A stretch of DNA of 64,000 nucleotides from Christensenellales bacterium (GTDB taxonomy: Bacteria; Bacillota; Clostridia; Christensenellales; UBA1242): positions 14,020-78,019 of the forward strand of contig JBJFDL010000003.1 in assembly GCA_051889995.1 (NCBI GenBank), in the 5' to 3' direction. Both the position numbers and the translations under genes were made by a program. Numbering within the stretch: position 1 is the stretch's first letter; every line of letters starts with the position of its first letter. Under the pieces are notes generated by a model, which was not told the origin of the DNA, searched no databases, and saw only the letters and a list, made by a program, of their open reading frames with translations. Below, piece by piece: positions 16,910-26,845 of this stretch.

Positions 16910-17350
16910 ATGTTGATGCCTAAAAGAGTTAAAAGAAGATTACAACATAGAGGCAGAATGACAGGTAAAGCAACAAGAGGTAACACACTTGCTTATGGCG
17001 AATTTGGTCTAGTTGCTCAAGAACCTTGTTGGATTACTACAAATCAAATTGAAGCAGCCCGTGTTGCAATGACAAGATTTACAAAACGTGGTGGTAAAGT
17101 TTGGATTAAAATTTTCCCACACAAACCTATAACTAAAAAACCTGCTGCAACTCGTATGGGTAGTGGTAAAGGTAGTGTAGATACTTGGGTAGCTGTTGTT
17201 AAACCAGGTAGAGTTTTATTTGAAATTGGAGGCGTTTCTGAAGAAATCGCAAGAGAAGCATTAAGACTAGCTTCTTACAAACTACCATGCAAAGTTAAAA
17301 CTATTAAAAGAGAAGAAACAGCAGACACTGACAAAGGTGGTGAAGAATAA
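16910..17350 (+). CDS. rplP: 50S ribosomal protein L16
   Basis: [10 protein letters not shown]...RMGSGKG. Confidence 0.97.
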   Translation: MLMPKRVKRRLQHRGRMTGKATRGNTLAYGEFGLVAQEPCWITTNQIEAARVAMTRFTKRGGKVWIKIFPHKPITKKPAATRMGSGKGSVDTWVAVVKPGRVLFEIGGVSEEIAREALRLASYKLPCKVKTIKREETADTDKGGEE

Positions 17351-17562
17351 TGAAAACTAAAGATATTAGAGAAATGACTACTGAAGAATTGAACACTAAA
17401 TTAAAAGATTTGAAAGTAGAATTATTTAACTTGCGTTTTTCTCACGCTACTGGTAGTTTAGCAAATCCAATGAGTTTGAATACAGTCAAGAAAGACATTG
17501 CAAAAGTAAAAACTATATTAAAAGAAAGAGAACTTAACAAATCTGTTAAGGGTTCTAAATAA
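17350..17562 (+). CDS. rpmC: 50S ribosomal protein L29
   Basis: [14 protein letters not shown] and its position in the cluster. Confidence 0.95.
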   Translation: MKTKDIREMTTEELNTKLKDLKVELFNLRFSHATGSLANPMSLNTVKKDIAKVKTILKERELNKSVKGSK

Positions 17563-17573
17563 GGAGATATAAT

Positions 17574-17837
17574 ATGGAAAATTTAGAAAGAAATGACCGT
17601 AGAAAAAGAATTGGCGTTGTAGTTTCAAACAAAATGGATAAAACAATTGTTGTTGAAGTAGTAAGCCAAGAAAAACATCCACTATATAAAAAATTTGTTA
17701 AAAGAACTAAAAAATATAAAGCACACGATGAAGAAAACACTTGCGGAATCGGTGATACAGTTGAAATTATGGAAACAAGACCATTAAGCAAAGACAAATA
17801 TCACAGATTAGTTAGAATCATTGAAAGGGCTAAATAA
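17574..17837 (+). CDS. rpsQ: 30S ribosomal protein S17
   Basis: [18 protein letters not shown]...YKAHDE. Confidence 0.96.
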   Translation: MENLERNDRRKRIGVVVSNKMDKTIVVEVVSQEKHPLYKKFVKRTKKYKAHDEENTCGIGDTVEIMETRPLSKDKYHRLVRIIERAK

Positions 17838-17846
17838 GGAGGAGTT

Positions 17847-18215
17847 ATGATACAACCACAAACAAGATTAAAAGTTGCTGATAACACAGGCGCTAAAGAA
17901 ATTATGTGTATTCGTGTTCTTGGCGGTTCATTTAGAAGAAGTGGTAACATTGGTGATGTTATCGTAGCTTCTGTTAAAAGTGCTATTCCTGGTGGAGTAG
18001 TTAAAAAGGGTGATGTAGTAAAGGCAGTTATCGTTAGAAGTGCCAAAGGCTTAAGAAGAGCTGATGGTTCTCATATTAAATTTGATGATAATGCTGCAGT
18101 TATTATTGATAATCAAAAAGAACCAAAAGGAACAAGAATTTTTGGACCTGTTGCAAGAGAATTAAGAGAAAAGAACTATATGAAAATAGTTTCACTTGCA
18201 CCAGAGGTTTTATAG
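17847..18215 (+). CDS. rplN: 50S ribosomal protein L14
   Basis: [17 protein letters not shown]. Confidence 0.97.
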   Translation: MIQPQTRLKVADNTGAKEIMCIRVLGGSFRRSGNIGDVIVASVKSAIPGGVVKKGDVVKAVIVRSAKGLRRADGSHIKFDDNAAVIIDNQKEPKGTRIFGPVARELREKNYMKIVSLAPEVL

Positions 18216-18227
18216 GAGGAAGTTAAA

Positions 18228-18659
18228 ATGAATAGTTTAAGCGTTAAAAAAGGCGATTCAGTAGTTATTCTTGCTGGAAAAGATAAAGGCAAAACTGGTA
18301 ATGTTTTAGCATCATCTCCAAAAACAAATAGAGTTATTGTTCAAAATATAAATATTGTTAAGAAACATAAAAAAGCAAGAAGCACTCAAGAAAAAAGTGA
18401 AATAATAACAAAAGAAGCTCCTATCGATGCTTCAAATGTTATGGTAATTTGTCCATCTTGCAACAAAGCAACAAGAATTGCTAAAAAAGAAGTTGAAAAT
18501 AAGATGGTTAGAGTATGTAAAAAATGTGGGGCAGTTTTAGATAAAGAAAATGCTAAAGAAGCAAAAAAAGCAACTAAAAAAGCAACATCAAAAACTACAA
18601 CAAAAGAAGCAGGCGAAAAGAAACCTAGAACAAAAAAAGCACCTGCTAAAGCAGAGTAA
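18228..18659 (+). CDS. rplX: 50S ribosomal protein L24 (Cys4 knuckle variant with a long K/A/T-rich C-terminal tail)
   Basis: KOW motif VKKGDSVVILAGKDKGK. It has CPSC (aa75-78) and CKKC (aa97-100). At 143 aa it is longer than the roughly 103 aa typical of L24. Confidence 0.93.
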   Translation: MNSLSVKKGDSVVILAGKDKGKTGNVLASSPKTNRVIVQNINIVKKHKKARSTQEKSEIITKEAPIDASNVMVICPSCNKATRIAKKEVENKMVRVCKKCGAVLDKENAKEAKKATKKATSKTTTKEAGEKKPRTKKAPAKAE

Positions 18660-18672
18660 GGGGGAATAAATT

Positions 18673-19212
18673 ATGAATAGATTACAAGAATATTATAAGA
18701 AAGAAGTTGTTCCTGCTCTTGTTAAAGAACTAGGTTACAAAAACATCAACGAAGTTCCTAAAATTGAAAAAGTTGTTATTAACACTTGTTTAGGTGACAT
18801 TAAAGACAATTCAAAATCATTCAATATGGCTGTTGATGAAATTCAAGCAATTACTGGACAAAAACCAGTTATTGTAAAAGCTAAAAAATCTATTGCCAAC
18901 TTCAAACTTCGTGAAGGTATGAAACTTGGTGCTAAAGTTACTTTAAGAGGCGAAAAGATGTATGAATTTTTAGATAAATTGCTATCTATCGCTTTACCTC
19001 GTGTAAGAGATTTTAAAGGCATTAGCGACAAGGCTTTCGATGGAAAAGGCAACTATAGTTTAGGAATTAAAGAACAACTTATCTTCCCAGAAATCCAATA
19101 TGATAAAATCGAGAAGGTAAGAGGTTTCGATATTGTAGTAGTAACTACAGCAAAATCTAATGAAGAAGCAAAAGCATTACTTGCTAAAGTTGGCTTCCCA
19201 TTTAGAGCGTAA
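18673..19212 (+). CDS. rplE: 50S ribosomal protein L5
   Basis: [16 protein letters not shown]... and its position in the cluster. Confidence 0.97.
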   Translation: MNRLQEYYKKEVVPALVKELGYKNINEVPKIEKVVINTCLGDIKDNSKSFNMAVDEIQAITGQKPVIVKAKKSIANFKLREGMKLGAKVTLRGEKMYEFLDKLLSIALPRVRDFKGISDKAFDGKGNYSLGIKEQLIFPEIQYDKIEKVRGFDIVVVTTAKSNEEAKALLAKVGFPFRA

Positions 19213-19222
19213 GGAGTAAATT

Positions 19223-19408
19223 ATGGCAAAAACAAGTTTAAAAGTTAAACAAGCAAGAAAACAAAAATTTTCAACTCGTGAATACACTCGTTGCTCAATT
19301 TGTGGCAGACCTCATTCAGTATTAAAAAAATACGGAATTTGCAGAGTTTGCTTCAGAAAAATGGCAAATAACGGTGAAATTCCCGGCGTTGCAAAATCTA
19401 GCTGGTAA
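19223..19408 (+). CDS. rpsZ: 30S ribosomal protein S14 type Z (Zn-binding, 61 aa)
   Basis: CSICGRPHS...CRVCFR. Confidence 0.96.
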   Translation: MAKTSLKVKQARKQKFSTREYTRCSICGRPHSVLKKYGICRVCFRKMANNGEIPGVAKSSW

Positions 19409-19420
19409 AGGAGAGTATTT

Positions 19421-19816
19421 ATGAAATTTGATCCAATCGCAGATATGCTTACAAGAATTCGTAATGCAATTACTGCTAAAAAAGAAGTTGTTGAAATTCC
19501 AACATCTAAATTAAAAATGTCTATTGCTAACATTTTACTAAGCGAAGGTTATATCAGCGCAGTTGAAGAAGTTGGCGAAGGCATTAAGAAAAATATTAAA
19601 GTTACTTTAAAATATGGTCCAAATGGCGAAAGAGTTATTCAAGGTATTAAAAGAATTTCTAAACCAGGTTTAAGAATTTTTACAAACGTTGAAGACTTAC
19701 CAAAAGTTATTAATGGACTAGGTATCGCTATTGTTTCAACAAATAAAGGAGTTATGACAGATAAACAAGCACGTACACTAAACGTTGGTGGCGAAGTTCT
19801 TGCTTATGTGTGGTAA
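19421..19816 (+). CDS. rpsH: 30S ribosomal protein S8
   Basis: [13 protein letters not shown]. Confidence 0.97.
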   Translation: MKFDPIADMLTRIRNAITAKKEVVEIPTSKLKMSIANILLSEGYISAVEEVGEGIKKNIKVTLKYGPNGERVIQGIKRISKPGLRIFTNVEDLPKVINGLGIAIVSTNKGVMTDKQARTLNVGGEVLAYVW

Positions 19817-19829
19817 AAAGGAGAAAGAT

Positions 19830-20375
19830 ATGTCAAGAATTGGAAAAATGCCTGTAAAAATATTAGATGGTGTTACTGTTACTATTGACGATAACAATTT
19901 AGTTACTGTTAATGGTCCACTTGGAACACTTTCTCAATTAGTAGATAAATGTATTAAAGTAACTATAGAAAACAATGAAATTATCTTCACTAGAAACAGT
20001 GATGAAAATAGTGTAAAAGCTAAACATGGTCTTTACAGAACTTTAGTAAACAACATGGTTAAAGGTGTTAAAGAAGGTTTCAAAAAATACCTAGTATATA
20101 ACGGTGTTGGTTACAGAGCCACAAAACAAGGCAATAAATTAGTTTTAAACATTGGTTTCTCAACTCCAAAAGAAGTTGAAGAAATAGAAGGAATAAAATT
20201 AAATACACTAGACGGAAATAGAATTGAAGTTAGTGGAATAAGTAAAGAATTAGTTGGCCAAATGGCTTCTAAAATTAGAGATATTAAACCAGTTGAACCT
20301 TATCACGCATACGGTATTCGTTATGAAGACGAAGTTGTAATACGTAAAGAAGGCAAGAAAGCTGGTAAGAAATAA
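19830..20375 (+). CDS. rplF: 50S ribosomal protein L6
   Basis: MSRIGKMPVKIL. The start was moved from 19785 to the ATG at 19830 (SD aaaggagaa). Confidence 0.96.
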   Translation: MSRIGKMPVKILDGVTVTIDDNNLVTVNGPLGTLSQLVDKCIKVTIENNEIIFTRNSDENSVKAKHGLYRTLVNNMVKGVKEGFKKYLVYNGVGYRATKQGNKLVLNIGFSTPKEVEEIEGIKLNTLDGNRIEVSGISKELVGQMASKIRDIKPVEPYHAYGIRYEDEVVIRKEGKKAGKK

Positions 20376-20387
20376 GGAGCATAAGTT

Positions 20388-20756
20388 ATGATTAATAAAA
20401 TAGATAAAAATAGCGTAAGAGTTAGCCGTCATAAAAAGATTAGACAACACTTAAGTGGAACATCTACATCTCCAAGACTATGCGTTTATAGAAGCACTTC
20501 AAACATTTATGCTCAAATTATAGACGACACTAAAAGCACAACACTTGTAAGTGCATCAAGCCTAGAAAAAGCATTAGAGAAAGAAATTAAAGGAAAAACA
20601 AAAACTGAAGTTGCAACATTAATTGGCGAAACAATAGCTAAAAGAGCAATTGAAGCTGGTATTAAAACAGTTGTTTTTGATAGAGGTGGTTACCTTTACA
20701 CTGGCAGAGTTAAAGCTGTGGCTGATGGCGCAAGAAGTGCTGGTTTAGAGTTTTAG
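20388..20756 (+). CDS. rplR: 50S ribosomal protein L18
   Basis: [18 protein letters not shown]...[15 protein letters not shown]. Confidence 0.97.
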   Translation: MINKIDKNSVRVSRHKKIRQHLSGTSTSPRLCVYRSTSNIYAQIIDDTKSTTLVSASSLEKALEKEIKGKTKTEVATLIGETIAKRAIEAGIKTVVFDRGGYLYTGRVKAVADGARSAGLEF

Positions 20757-20770
20757 GAGGAAGTAATAAA

Positions 20771-21280
20771 ATGGCTAAAAGAGAAGAATTTAATAAAGTT
20801 AAAAGAGAAGATGAACTTGAAAGAAGACTTATCAGTGTTCGTAGAGTTGTTAAAGTTGTTAAAGGTGGTAGAACACTAAACTTTAGTGCTACTATGGTAG
20901 TAGGCGACAGAAAAGGCAATGTAGGAATTGGTAGTGGTAAAGCAAGTGAAACTTCAATTGCTGTTGAAAAAGCATTCCAATCAGCAAAAAAGAATATGAA
21001 ATTTGTTAATATTGTTGATTCAACAATTCCACACGAAGTTCAAGGTAAATATTCTACATCTACAATTTTATTATTACCTGCTAAAGAAGGAACAGGTGTA
21101 ATTGCCAGTGGTGCAGTTCGTGCCGTAATCGAACTTGCTGGTATTAAAGATATTGTTACAAAATCTTATGGTGGAAGAAACAAAATTAATACTATTAAAG
21201 CAACTTTAGACGGATTATTAAAATTAAGAACAAGAGAACAAATTGCTACACTTCGTGGTAAAAAACCAGAAGAAATATAG
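20771..21280 (+). CDS. rpsE: 30S ribosomal protein S5
   Basis: VRRVVKVVKGGRTLNFSA... Confidence 0.97.
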   Translation: MAKREEFNKVKREDELERRLISVRRVVKVVKGGRTLNFSATMVVGDRKGNVGIGSGKASETSIAVEKAFQSAKKNMKFVNIVDSTIPHEVQGKYSTSTILLLPAKEGTGVIASGAVRAVIELAGIKDIVTKSYGGRNKINTIKATLDGLLKLRTREQIATLRGKKPEEI

Positions 21281-21292
21281 TTGGAGGGAAAT

Positions 21293-21475
21293 ATGGAAGG
21301 AAAATTGAAAGTAACTTATATTCGAAGCGCTATTGGTTTTAACAAAAATCAAGCAAAAGTTTTGGAAAGTTTAGGTTTAAGAAAATTAAATGATGAAAAC
21401 ATATTACCTGACAACCCAGCTGTTAATGGTATGATTTTCAAAGTTAAACATTTAGTTAAAGTAGAAAAAATTTAA
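21293..21475 (+). CDS. rpmD: 50S ribosomal protein L30
   Basis: [17 protein letters not shown]. The start was moved to the ATG at 21293 (SD ggaggg). Confidence 0.93.
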   Translation: MEGKLKVTYIRSAIGFNKNQAKVLESLGLRKLNDENILPDNPAVNGMIFKVKHLVKVEKI

Positions 21476-21488
21476 GGAGAAGAAAAAT

Positions 21489-21932
21489 ATGAGAATTAAT
21501 GAATTATCTCCTGCTGAAAATTCTAAGAAAAGTCCAAAAAGATTAGGTCGTGGAATTGGCTCTGGAATCGGTAAAACAAGTGGTAAAGGACACAAAGGAC
21601 AAAATGCACGTAGTGGTGGTGGCGTTCGTCCAGGATTTGAAGGTGGTCAAATGCCTTTAACTCGTAGATTACCACAAAGAGGTTTTAATAACCAATTTAA
21701 AAAGGTATTTTCAGTAGTTAATGTTGAAGATTTAAACGTGCTTGAAGATAACACAGTTGTAACACAAGAAGTTTTGAAAGAAAAAAATATTATTTCTAAA
21801 ATTCAACCAGCAGGTTTAAAAGTTTTAGGAAACGGAGAACTTACAAAAGTTTTAGAAGTTAAAGCTGTTAAATTTTCAAAGTCTGCACAAGAAAAAATAG
21901 AAAAAGCAGGCGGAAAGATTGAGGTGTTATAA
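21489..21932 (+). CDS. rplO: 50S ribosomal protein L15
   Basis: [26 protein letters not shown]. Confidence 0.97.
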   Translation: MRINELSPAENSKKSPKRLGRGIGSGIGKTSGKGHKGQNARSGGGVRPGFEGGQMPLTRRLPQRGFNNQFKKVFSVVNVEDLNVLEDNTVVTQEVLKEKNIISKIQPAGLKVLGNGELTKVLEVKAVKFSKSAQEKIEKAGGKIEVL

Positions 21933-23227
21933 TGTTTACAACCCTAGTAAATGCTTTCAAAGTTAAAGAAATTCGTAGAAAAATTTTGATAACTTTGGGA
22001 CTATTATTAATTTTTAGAATAGGGTGTTGGTTACCAATCCCCGGAATTGACAAAGTAGCTTTTGGTTCATCAATAGAGAGCCAAAGTTTCTTAAGTTTGT
22101 TAAATAGTATCGGTGGTGGAGCGCTTGCTAACGGAACATTTTTAGCATTAGGTGTTACTCCATATATTAACGCATCTATTATTATGCAACTATTATCTTT
22201 TGCAATTCCAAAATTACAAAGATTATCTCAAATGGGCGAAGATGGAAGAAAGAAAATCGCTACTTACACAAAATACTGTGCTTTAGTATTAGCAATTGCT
22301 CAAGCAGTTGGTATTTGCGTTGGCTATAGCAGTGCAATTCAACTTTCATTATTTGGTGCAGAATTACCAAATTGGCTTGCATGCTCATTTGTTGCTATTT
22401 GTTTAGTTGCTGGTGCAATGTTCACATACTGGCTTGGTGAAAAAATCACTGAAATTGGTGTTTCAAATGGATTATCAATTTTAATTTTTGTTGGTATTTT
22501 GTCAACAGCTGGAACAGCATTATTAGCAAGCTTTACATCTGTATTTAATGGAGATATTGAAGCTCTTTGGAATATTATATTATTCTTAGTTGCTTTAATA
22601 CTTATTTTTGGCTTGATTGTATTTATGGATTTGGCTGAAAGGAAAATACAAGTGCAATATGCTAAACAAATTAAAGGTCGTAAAATGTATGGTGGACAAA
22701 GTAATTTTATACCATTAAGGTTACTAGGAACTGGTGTATTGCCAATCATTTTTGCAATGAGCTTTTTAAGCTTCCCACAATTAATTATGAGTATTTTCTG
22801 GCCTACAAGTAATGCTGCAACTTGGTATTCATTACATTTAGGAGCAGGTAGCTGGCCATATACAATAATTATGGGATTATTAATTTTATTCTTTGCATAT
22901 TTTACATCTCAAATGATGTTTAATCCTGATGATTATGCTAAGCAAATTCAAGGAAATGGTGGTTTTATATTAGGTATTCGTCCAGGAAAACCAACAGCAG
23001 ATTATTTAAGAAGAATAAACAATAGAATCACTTTATTCGGTGCAATATTTTTGGCGTTTATTGCAATCGTTCCAACATTAATATTCACATTTGTTGGTGG
23101 TTCAAGTTCATTAGTTAATGCATTCAGTTCTACTGGTATGTTAATCGTAGTTAGTGTTGCACTTGAATTTAACAAACAATTAGAAACTCAAGTATTAATG
23201 AAAAATTATAAAGGATTTTTAAAATAA
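21932..23227 (+). CDS. secY: Preprotein translocase subunit SecY
   Basis: 10-TM protein containing LALGVTPYINASIIMQLL, located between rplO and adk. Confidence 0.97.
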   Translation: MFTTLVNAFKVKEIRRKILITLGLLLIFRIGCWLPIPGIDKVAFGSSIESQSFLSLLNSIGGGALANGTFLALGVTPYINASIIMQLLSFAIPKLQRLSQMGEDGRKKIATYTKYCALVLAIAQAVGICVGYSSAIQLSLFGAELPNWLACSFVAICLVAGAMFTYWLGEKITEIGVSNGLSILIFVGILSTAGTALLASFTSVFNGDIEALWNIILFLVALILIFGLIVFMDLAERKIQVQYAKQIKGRKMYGGQSNFIPLRLLGTGVLPIIFAMSFLSFPQLIMSIFWPTSNAATWYSLHLGAGSWPYTIIMGLLILFFAYFTSQMMFNPDDYAKQIQGNGGFILGIRPGKPTADYLRRINNRITLFGAIFLAFIAIVPTLIFTFVGGSSSLVNAFSSTGMLIVVSVALEFNKQLETQVLMKNYKGFLK

Positions 23228-23841
23228 TGAATTTTGTCTTAATTGGTGCTCCTTTAAGTGGTAAGGGCACAATTAGTAAAATGTTAAGCAAGTATTTCCA
23301 AATTCCTCATATTAGTATGGGGGATTTGTTGCGAAATGAGTCAAATAATAACAGTGAGTTTTCAAGTAGTATTATAAATTCGATGAAAGAAGGAAAATTA
23401 ATCAATGATGATTTAGTAAAAAGCATACTTCAAAACCGACTTTCAAAAAAAGATTGCGCAAAAGGCTATGTTTTAGATGGATTTCCAAGAAATATAGAAC
23501 AAGCCTTAATGCTTGAAACTTTTGCAAAAATTGACAAAGTAATTTATGTTATCAGTAGTCCAGAAACGGTTATAAACAGATTATCAAACAGATATGTTTG
23601 TCCTAAATGCTGGACTAGTTATAACACAAAAAATTATGAAAAAAATTATTGCGAAAAGTGTAACGAAAAACTTGTTAAGAGGGTAGATGACACCGAACAG
23701 GCTCTTTCTAAAAGATTAGCAGATTTTAGACAAACGTCTTCGCCTATTCTTGATAAGTATGCGAAAGAAAGCAAACTTGTTACTATCGAAAACGAAGGTG
23801 ACATAAATTTAGTATTTGAAAAATTATTAGGCAAATTATGA
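23227..23841 (+). CDS. adk: Adenylate kinase (Zn-lid form)
   Basis: P-loop GAPLSGKGT and a lid with CPKC...CEKC. Confidence 0.93.
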   Translation: MNFVLIGAPLSGKGTISKMLSKYFQIPHISMGDLLRNESNNNSEFSSSIINSMKEGKLINDDLVKSILQNRLSKKDCAKGYVLDGFPRNIEQALMLETFAKIDKVIYVISSPETVINRLSNRYVCPKCWTSYNTKNYEKNYCEKCNEKLVKRVDDTEQALSKRLADFRQTSSPILDKYAKESKLVTIENEGDINLVFEKLLGKL

Positions 23842-24584
23842 TTTATTTAAAAAATGAAGAACAAATTGAAAAGATGTATGTTGCAAATCAAATTGTAAAG
23901 CATACACTTGAATTAATTGAAAAGAATATCCGTCCAGGTGTTTCAACTAAATATTTAGACGAAATAGCAGAAGAATACATTCGTAGTCAAAATGCTATAC
24001 CAAATTTTAAAAATTATGAAGGATATCCAGCTTCAATCTGTGCCAGCGTCAATGATGTTGTTGTTCACGGTATTCCAAGCAAGGATATAATTCTAAAAGA
24101 GGGCGACATAATTAGTATTGATTGTGGAGCAACAAAATCTGGTTATAACGGTGATGCTGCAAGAACATTCGCTGTTGGTAAAATTAGTAAGGAAAAACAA
24201 AAACTTATTGATGTAACAAGAGAATGTTTCTTTAAAGGAATTGAAGGAATTAAAATTGGTGATAAAATTGGCGATATTGGTTCTAGAATTCAAAAGTATG
24301 CCGAAGAAAATGGTTTCTCTGTTGTAAGAGAAATGGTAGGACATGGAATTGGTAAATCAATGCATGAAGATCCTGAAGTTCCAAACTATGGGGTTGCAGG
24401 AACAGGAATTGTTATTGAAGAAGGTTTGACAATTGCAATTGAACCTATGATTAATATGGGTAAAAGACATATTTACATAGATTACGATGGTTGGACTTGT
24501 AGAACCAAAGATAAAAGTCCTAGTGCGCACTATGAAAATACCGTTGCTTTTACAAAAGATGGAATAAAAATTTTAAGTTTGTAG
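23838..24584 (+). CDS. map: Type I methionine aminopeptidase
   Basis: The metal ligands occur in the expected context (DCGATKSGYNGDAARTF, VGHGIG, EPM...). The gene overlaps adk by 4 nt. Confidence 0.95.
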   Translation: MIYLKNEEQIEKMYVANQIVKHTLELIEKNIRPGVSTKYLDEIAEEYIRSQNAIPNFKNYEGYPASICASVNDVVVHGIPSKDIILKEGDIISIDCGATKSGYNGDAARTFAVGKISKEKQKLIDVTRECFFKGIEGIKIGDKIGDIGSRIQKYAEENGFSVVREMVGHGIGKSMHEDPEVPNYGVAGTGIVIEEGLTIAIEPMINMGKRHIYIDYDGWTCRTKDKSPSAHYENTVAFTKDGIKILSL

Positions 24585-24590
24585 GGAGTT

Positions 24591-24863
24591 ATGAACGAAA
24601 CAATTGGAAAGCTCGTTGAATCGACAAAGGGTAGAGATAACGGCAAAATTTATATGATTTACTCTTCAACTAGTAAAAGCGTCACATTAGTAGATGGTGA
24701 TGCTCGTAGGATTGTAAATCCAAAAGTAAAAAACATAAAACATATTAAGTTTTTAGATATGCAAAGTGACATAATTAAAAACAAAATATTAGATAATCGT
24801 AAGGTTTTCGACTCGGAAATCTATAGTTTTATAAAAAATTTTAAAAATACATTGAAATTTTAA
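24591..24863 (+). CDS. Small KOW-like protein conserved between map and infA in Clostridia
   Basis: 90 aa with GKLVESTKGRDNGKIYMI (a KOW-like G-K/R-D-x-G motif) and the expected syntenic position. Confidence 0.45.
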   Translation: MNETIGKLVESTKGRDNGKIYMIYSSTSKSVTLVDGDARRIVNPKVKNIKHIKFLDMQSDIIKNKILDNRKVFDSEIYSFIKNFKNTLKF

Positions 24864-24901
24864 AAAAAGTATGATATACTAGTTAAGTTAAGGGGGATTT
24901 T

Positions 24902-25120
24902 ATGCCAAAAGACGATGTTATTGAATTAGAAGGCGAAGTTATTGATATAACAAGAGATAACATTCAAGTAAAACTTTCTAATGGTCATGTGATTACCGCA
25001 TATTTATCAGGAAAGTTAAGAATTAATTATATAAAAATTTTAATTGGCGATAAAGTTCGCTGTGAACTTTCTCCTTATGATTTAACAAGAGGTAGAATTA
25101 CTTGGAGAGAGAAAAAATAA
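24902..25120 (+). CDS. infA: Translation initiation factor IF-1
   Basis: 72 aa with an S1-like fold: [11 protein letters not shown]...[16 protein letters not shown]. Confidence 0.96.
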   Translation: MPKDDVIELEGEVIDITRDNIQVKLSNGHVITAYLSGKLRINYIKILIGDKVRCELSPYDLTRGRITWREKK

Positions 25121-25159
25121 CAAACAAAAGACATAAACATTTTCAAAAGGAGAAAAGTT

Positions 25160-25273
25160 ATGAAAGTTAGACCATCTGTAAAACCTATATGTGATAAATG
25201 CAAAGTTATTAAAAGAGAAGGAAAAGTTTTAGTAATTTGCAAAGATAAAAAACATAAACAAAGACAAGGTTAG
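25160..25273 (+). CDS. rpmJ: 50S ribosomal protein L36 (Zn form)
   Basis: This ORF is not in the supplied track because it is under 60 aa. It encodes [37 protein letters not shown] with SD aaaggagaa. Confidence 0.95.
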   Translation: MKVRPSVKPICDKCKVIKREGKVLVICKDKKHKQRQG

Positions 25274-25377
25274 TTTGCTTGCCTTTTGTTTGCTTTATTG
25301 CGTTGAATATAATCTGTTTGTAAGCGGCTGAATTTTTACAAGCAGTTTAAATAAATAAAATTAATTTGGAGGAAAAT

Positions 25378-25749
25378 ATGGCTCGTATTGCTGGAATAGA
25401 TTTGCCAAAAGAAAAAAGGGTTGAAATTGGATTAACCTATATTTATGGAATTGGCAGAAGTCAAGCATCTAAAATTTGTAAGGAAACTGGAGTTAATCCA
25501 GACATTAGAGTAAAGGATTTAAGCGAAGAAGACCAAACAAAAATTAGAACTTATATTGATAAAAACCTAGTTGTAGAAGGCGATTTAAGAAGAGATGTTG
25601 CACTAAACATTAAAAGATTAACTGAAATCGGATGCTACAGAGGTGTTCGCCACAGAAAAGGTATTACTTTGAGAGGACAAAAAACTCATAGTAATGCAAG
25701 AACTGCAAGGGGAATGAGCAAGAAAAACGCTGGAAAAAATAAGAAATAG
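25378..25749 (+). CDS. rpsM: 30S ribosomal protein S13
   Basis: [26 protein letters not shown]. The start was moved to the ATG at 25378 (SD ggagga). Confidence 0.97.
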   Translation: MARIAGIDLPKEKRVEIGLTYIYGIGRSQASKICKETGVNPDIRVKDLSEEDQTKIRTYIDKNLVVEGDLRRDVALNIKRLTEIGCYRGVRHRKGITLRGQKTHSNARTARGMSKKNAGKNKK

Positions 25750-25774
25750 AAAGAAATCTATAAGGAGATAGAAA

Positions 25775-26173
25775 ATGGCAGGTACTAAAAATAATGCTAA
25801 AACTAAAAAAAGAAAATTAACTAAAGGTGTTACAAAAGGTTGTGCTCACATTCAATCTTCAAACAATAACACAATAGTTACAATTACTGATGAAAACGGT
25901 AATGCAATTTCATGGGCTAGTGCAGGTGGACTTGGATTTAGAGGTTCAAGAAAAAACACTCCATTTGCTGCAGGACAAGCAGCAGAAACAGCTGCTAAAC
26001 AAGCAAAAGAAATGGGAATTGAAAGTGTAGAAGTATATGTTAAAGGACCAGGCAATGGCAGAGAATCTGCTATTAGAGCATTGCAAACTGCAGAACTTAA
26101 TATTACTTTAATCAAAGACGTTTCACCTATTGCTCATAATGGTTGTAGACCACCAAAAAAGAGAAGAATTTAA
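25775..26173 (+). CDS. rpsK: 30S ribosomal protein S11
   Basis: [18 protein letters not shown]...[13 protein letters not shown]. Confidence 0.97.
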   Translation: MAGTKNNAKTKKRKLTKGVTKGCAHIQSSNNNTIVTITDENGNAISWASAGGLGFRGSRKNTPFAAGQAAETAAKQAKEMGIESVEVYVKGPGNGRESAIRALQTAELNITLIKDVSPIAHNGCRPPKKRRI

Positions 26174-26191
26174 TAAAGGAGTTAATAAGAT

Positions 26192-26818
26192 ATGGCTAGA
26201 TATACAAATGCCGATTGCCGTCTATGTAGAAGAGAAGGTTGTAAACTTTTCCTTAAAGGCGACAGATGTGTTTCAAAAAAATGCGCTTTTGAAAGACGCC
26301 AAACAGTTCCTGGAATTCATGGAAATAGTGGAACAAGAAAGAAAGTTAGTGAATATGCTTTACAACTTCGTGAAAAACAAAAAGTTAAAAGAGCATATGG
26401 CGTTCTAGAAAAACAATTTAGAAAATACTATGAAGAAGCAGAAAGACAAAAAGGAAAAACTGGTGAAGTTATGTTATCTTTATTAGAAAGAAGATTAGAT
26501 AACGTGGTTTATCGTTTAGGATTTGCTGCATCAAGAGATCAAGCAAGACAAATGGTTTCTCATTCATTGTTCACTTTAAATGGTAAAAAAGCAAATATTC
26601 CAAGTATGCAAGTTAAAGTTGGTGATGTTATTTCTGTTAAAGAAAACAAAAAGGACATTGAATTATTCAAAGAATTAAAAGATGTTAAGTTAGTAACACC
26701 AAAATGGCTTGAAGTTGATTTAGAAAAATTAACTGGAAAAGTTGTTGCTGTTCCTGAAAGAGACGATATTGATTTAACAATTAAAGAACACTTAATTATT
26801 GAATTATATTCTAAGTAA
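26192..26818 (+). CDS. rpsD: 30S ribosomal protein S4 (Zn-ribbon N-terminus)
   Basis: [31 protein letters not shown] with an S4 domain. Confidence 0.97.
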   Translation: MARYTNADCRLCRREGCKLFLKGDRCVSKKCAFERRQTVPGIHGNSGTRKKVSEYALQLREKQKVKRAYGVLEKQFRKYYEEAERQKGKTGEVMLSLLERRLDNVVYRLGFAASRDQARQMVSHSLFTLNGKKANIPSMQVKVGDVISVKENKKDIELFKELKDVKLVTPKWLEVDLEKLTGKVVAVPERDDIDLTIKEHLIIELYSK

Positions 26819-26845
26819 TTAACATTTAAAGGAGTATTTTGAAAT

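Noticed and set aside
12841-22749. There are many antisense or shadow ORFs inside the ribosomal cluster. Examples are 12841-13101, 13953-14321, 15310-15492, 15589-15795, 15859-16239, 16588-16986, 17555-17797, 17801-18046, 18843-19052, 19312-19533, 20250-20450, 20710-20919, 21868-22053 and 22339-22749.
   Set aside because: Each lies fully within a confidently identified r-protein or secY gene on the opposite strand. They lack SD sequences and have low-complexity, S/L/F-rich translations typical of antisense frames.
26130-26408. A 92-aa + strand ORF spans the rpsK/rpsD junction.
   Set aside because: It is out of frame with both S11 and S4, which are unambiguous, and it has no SD.
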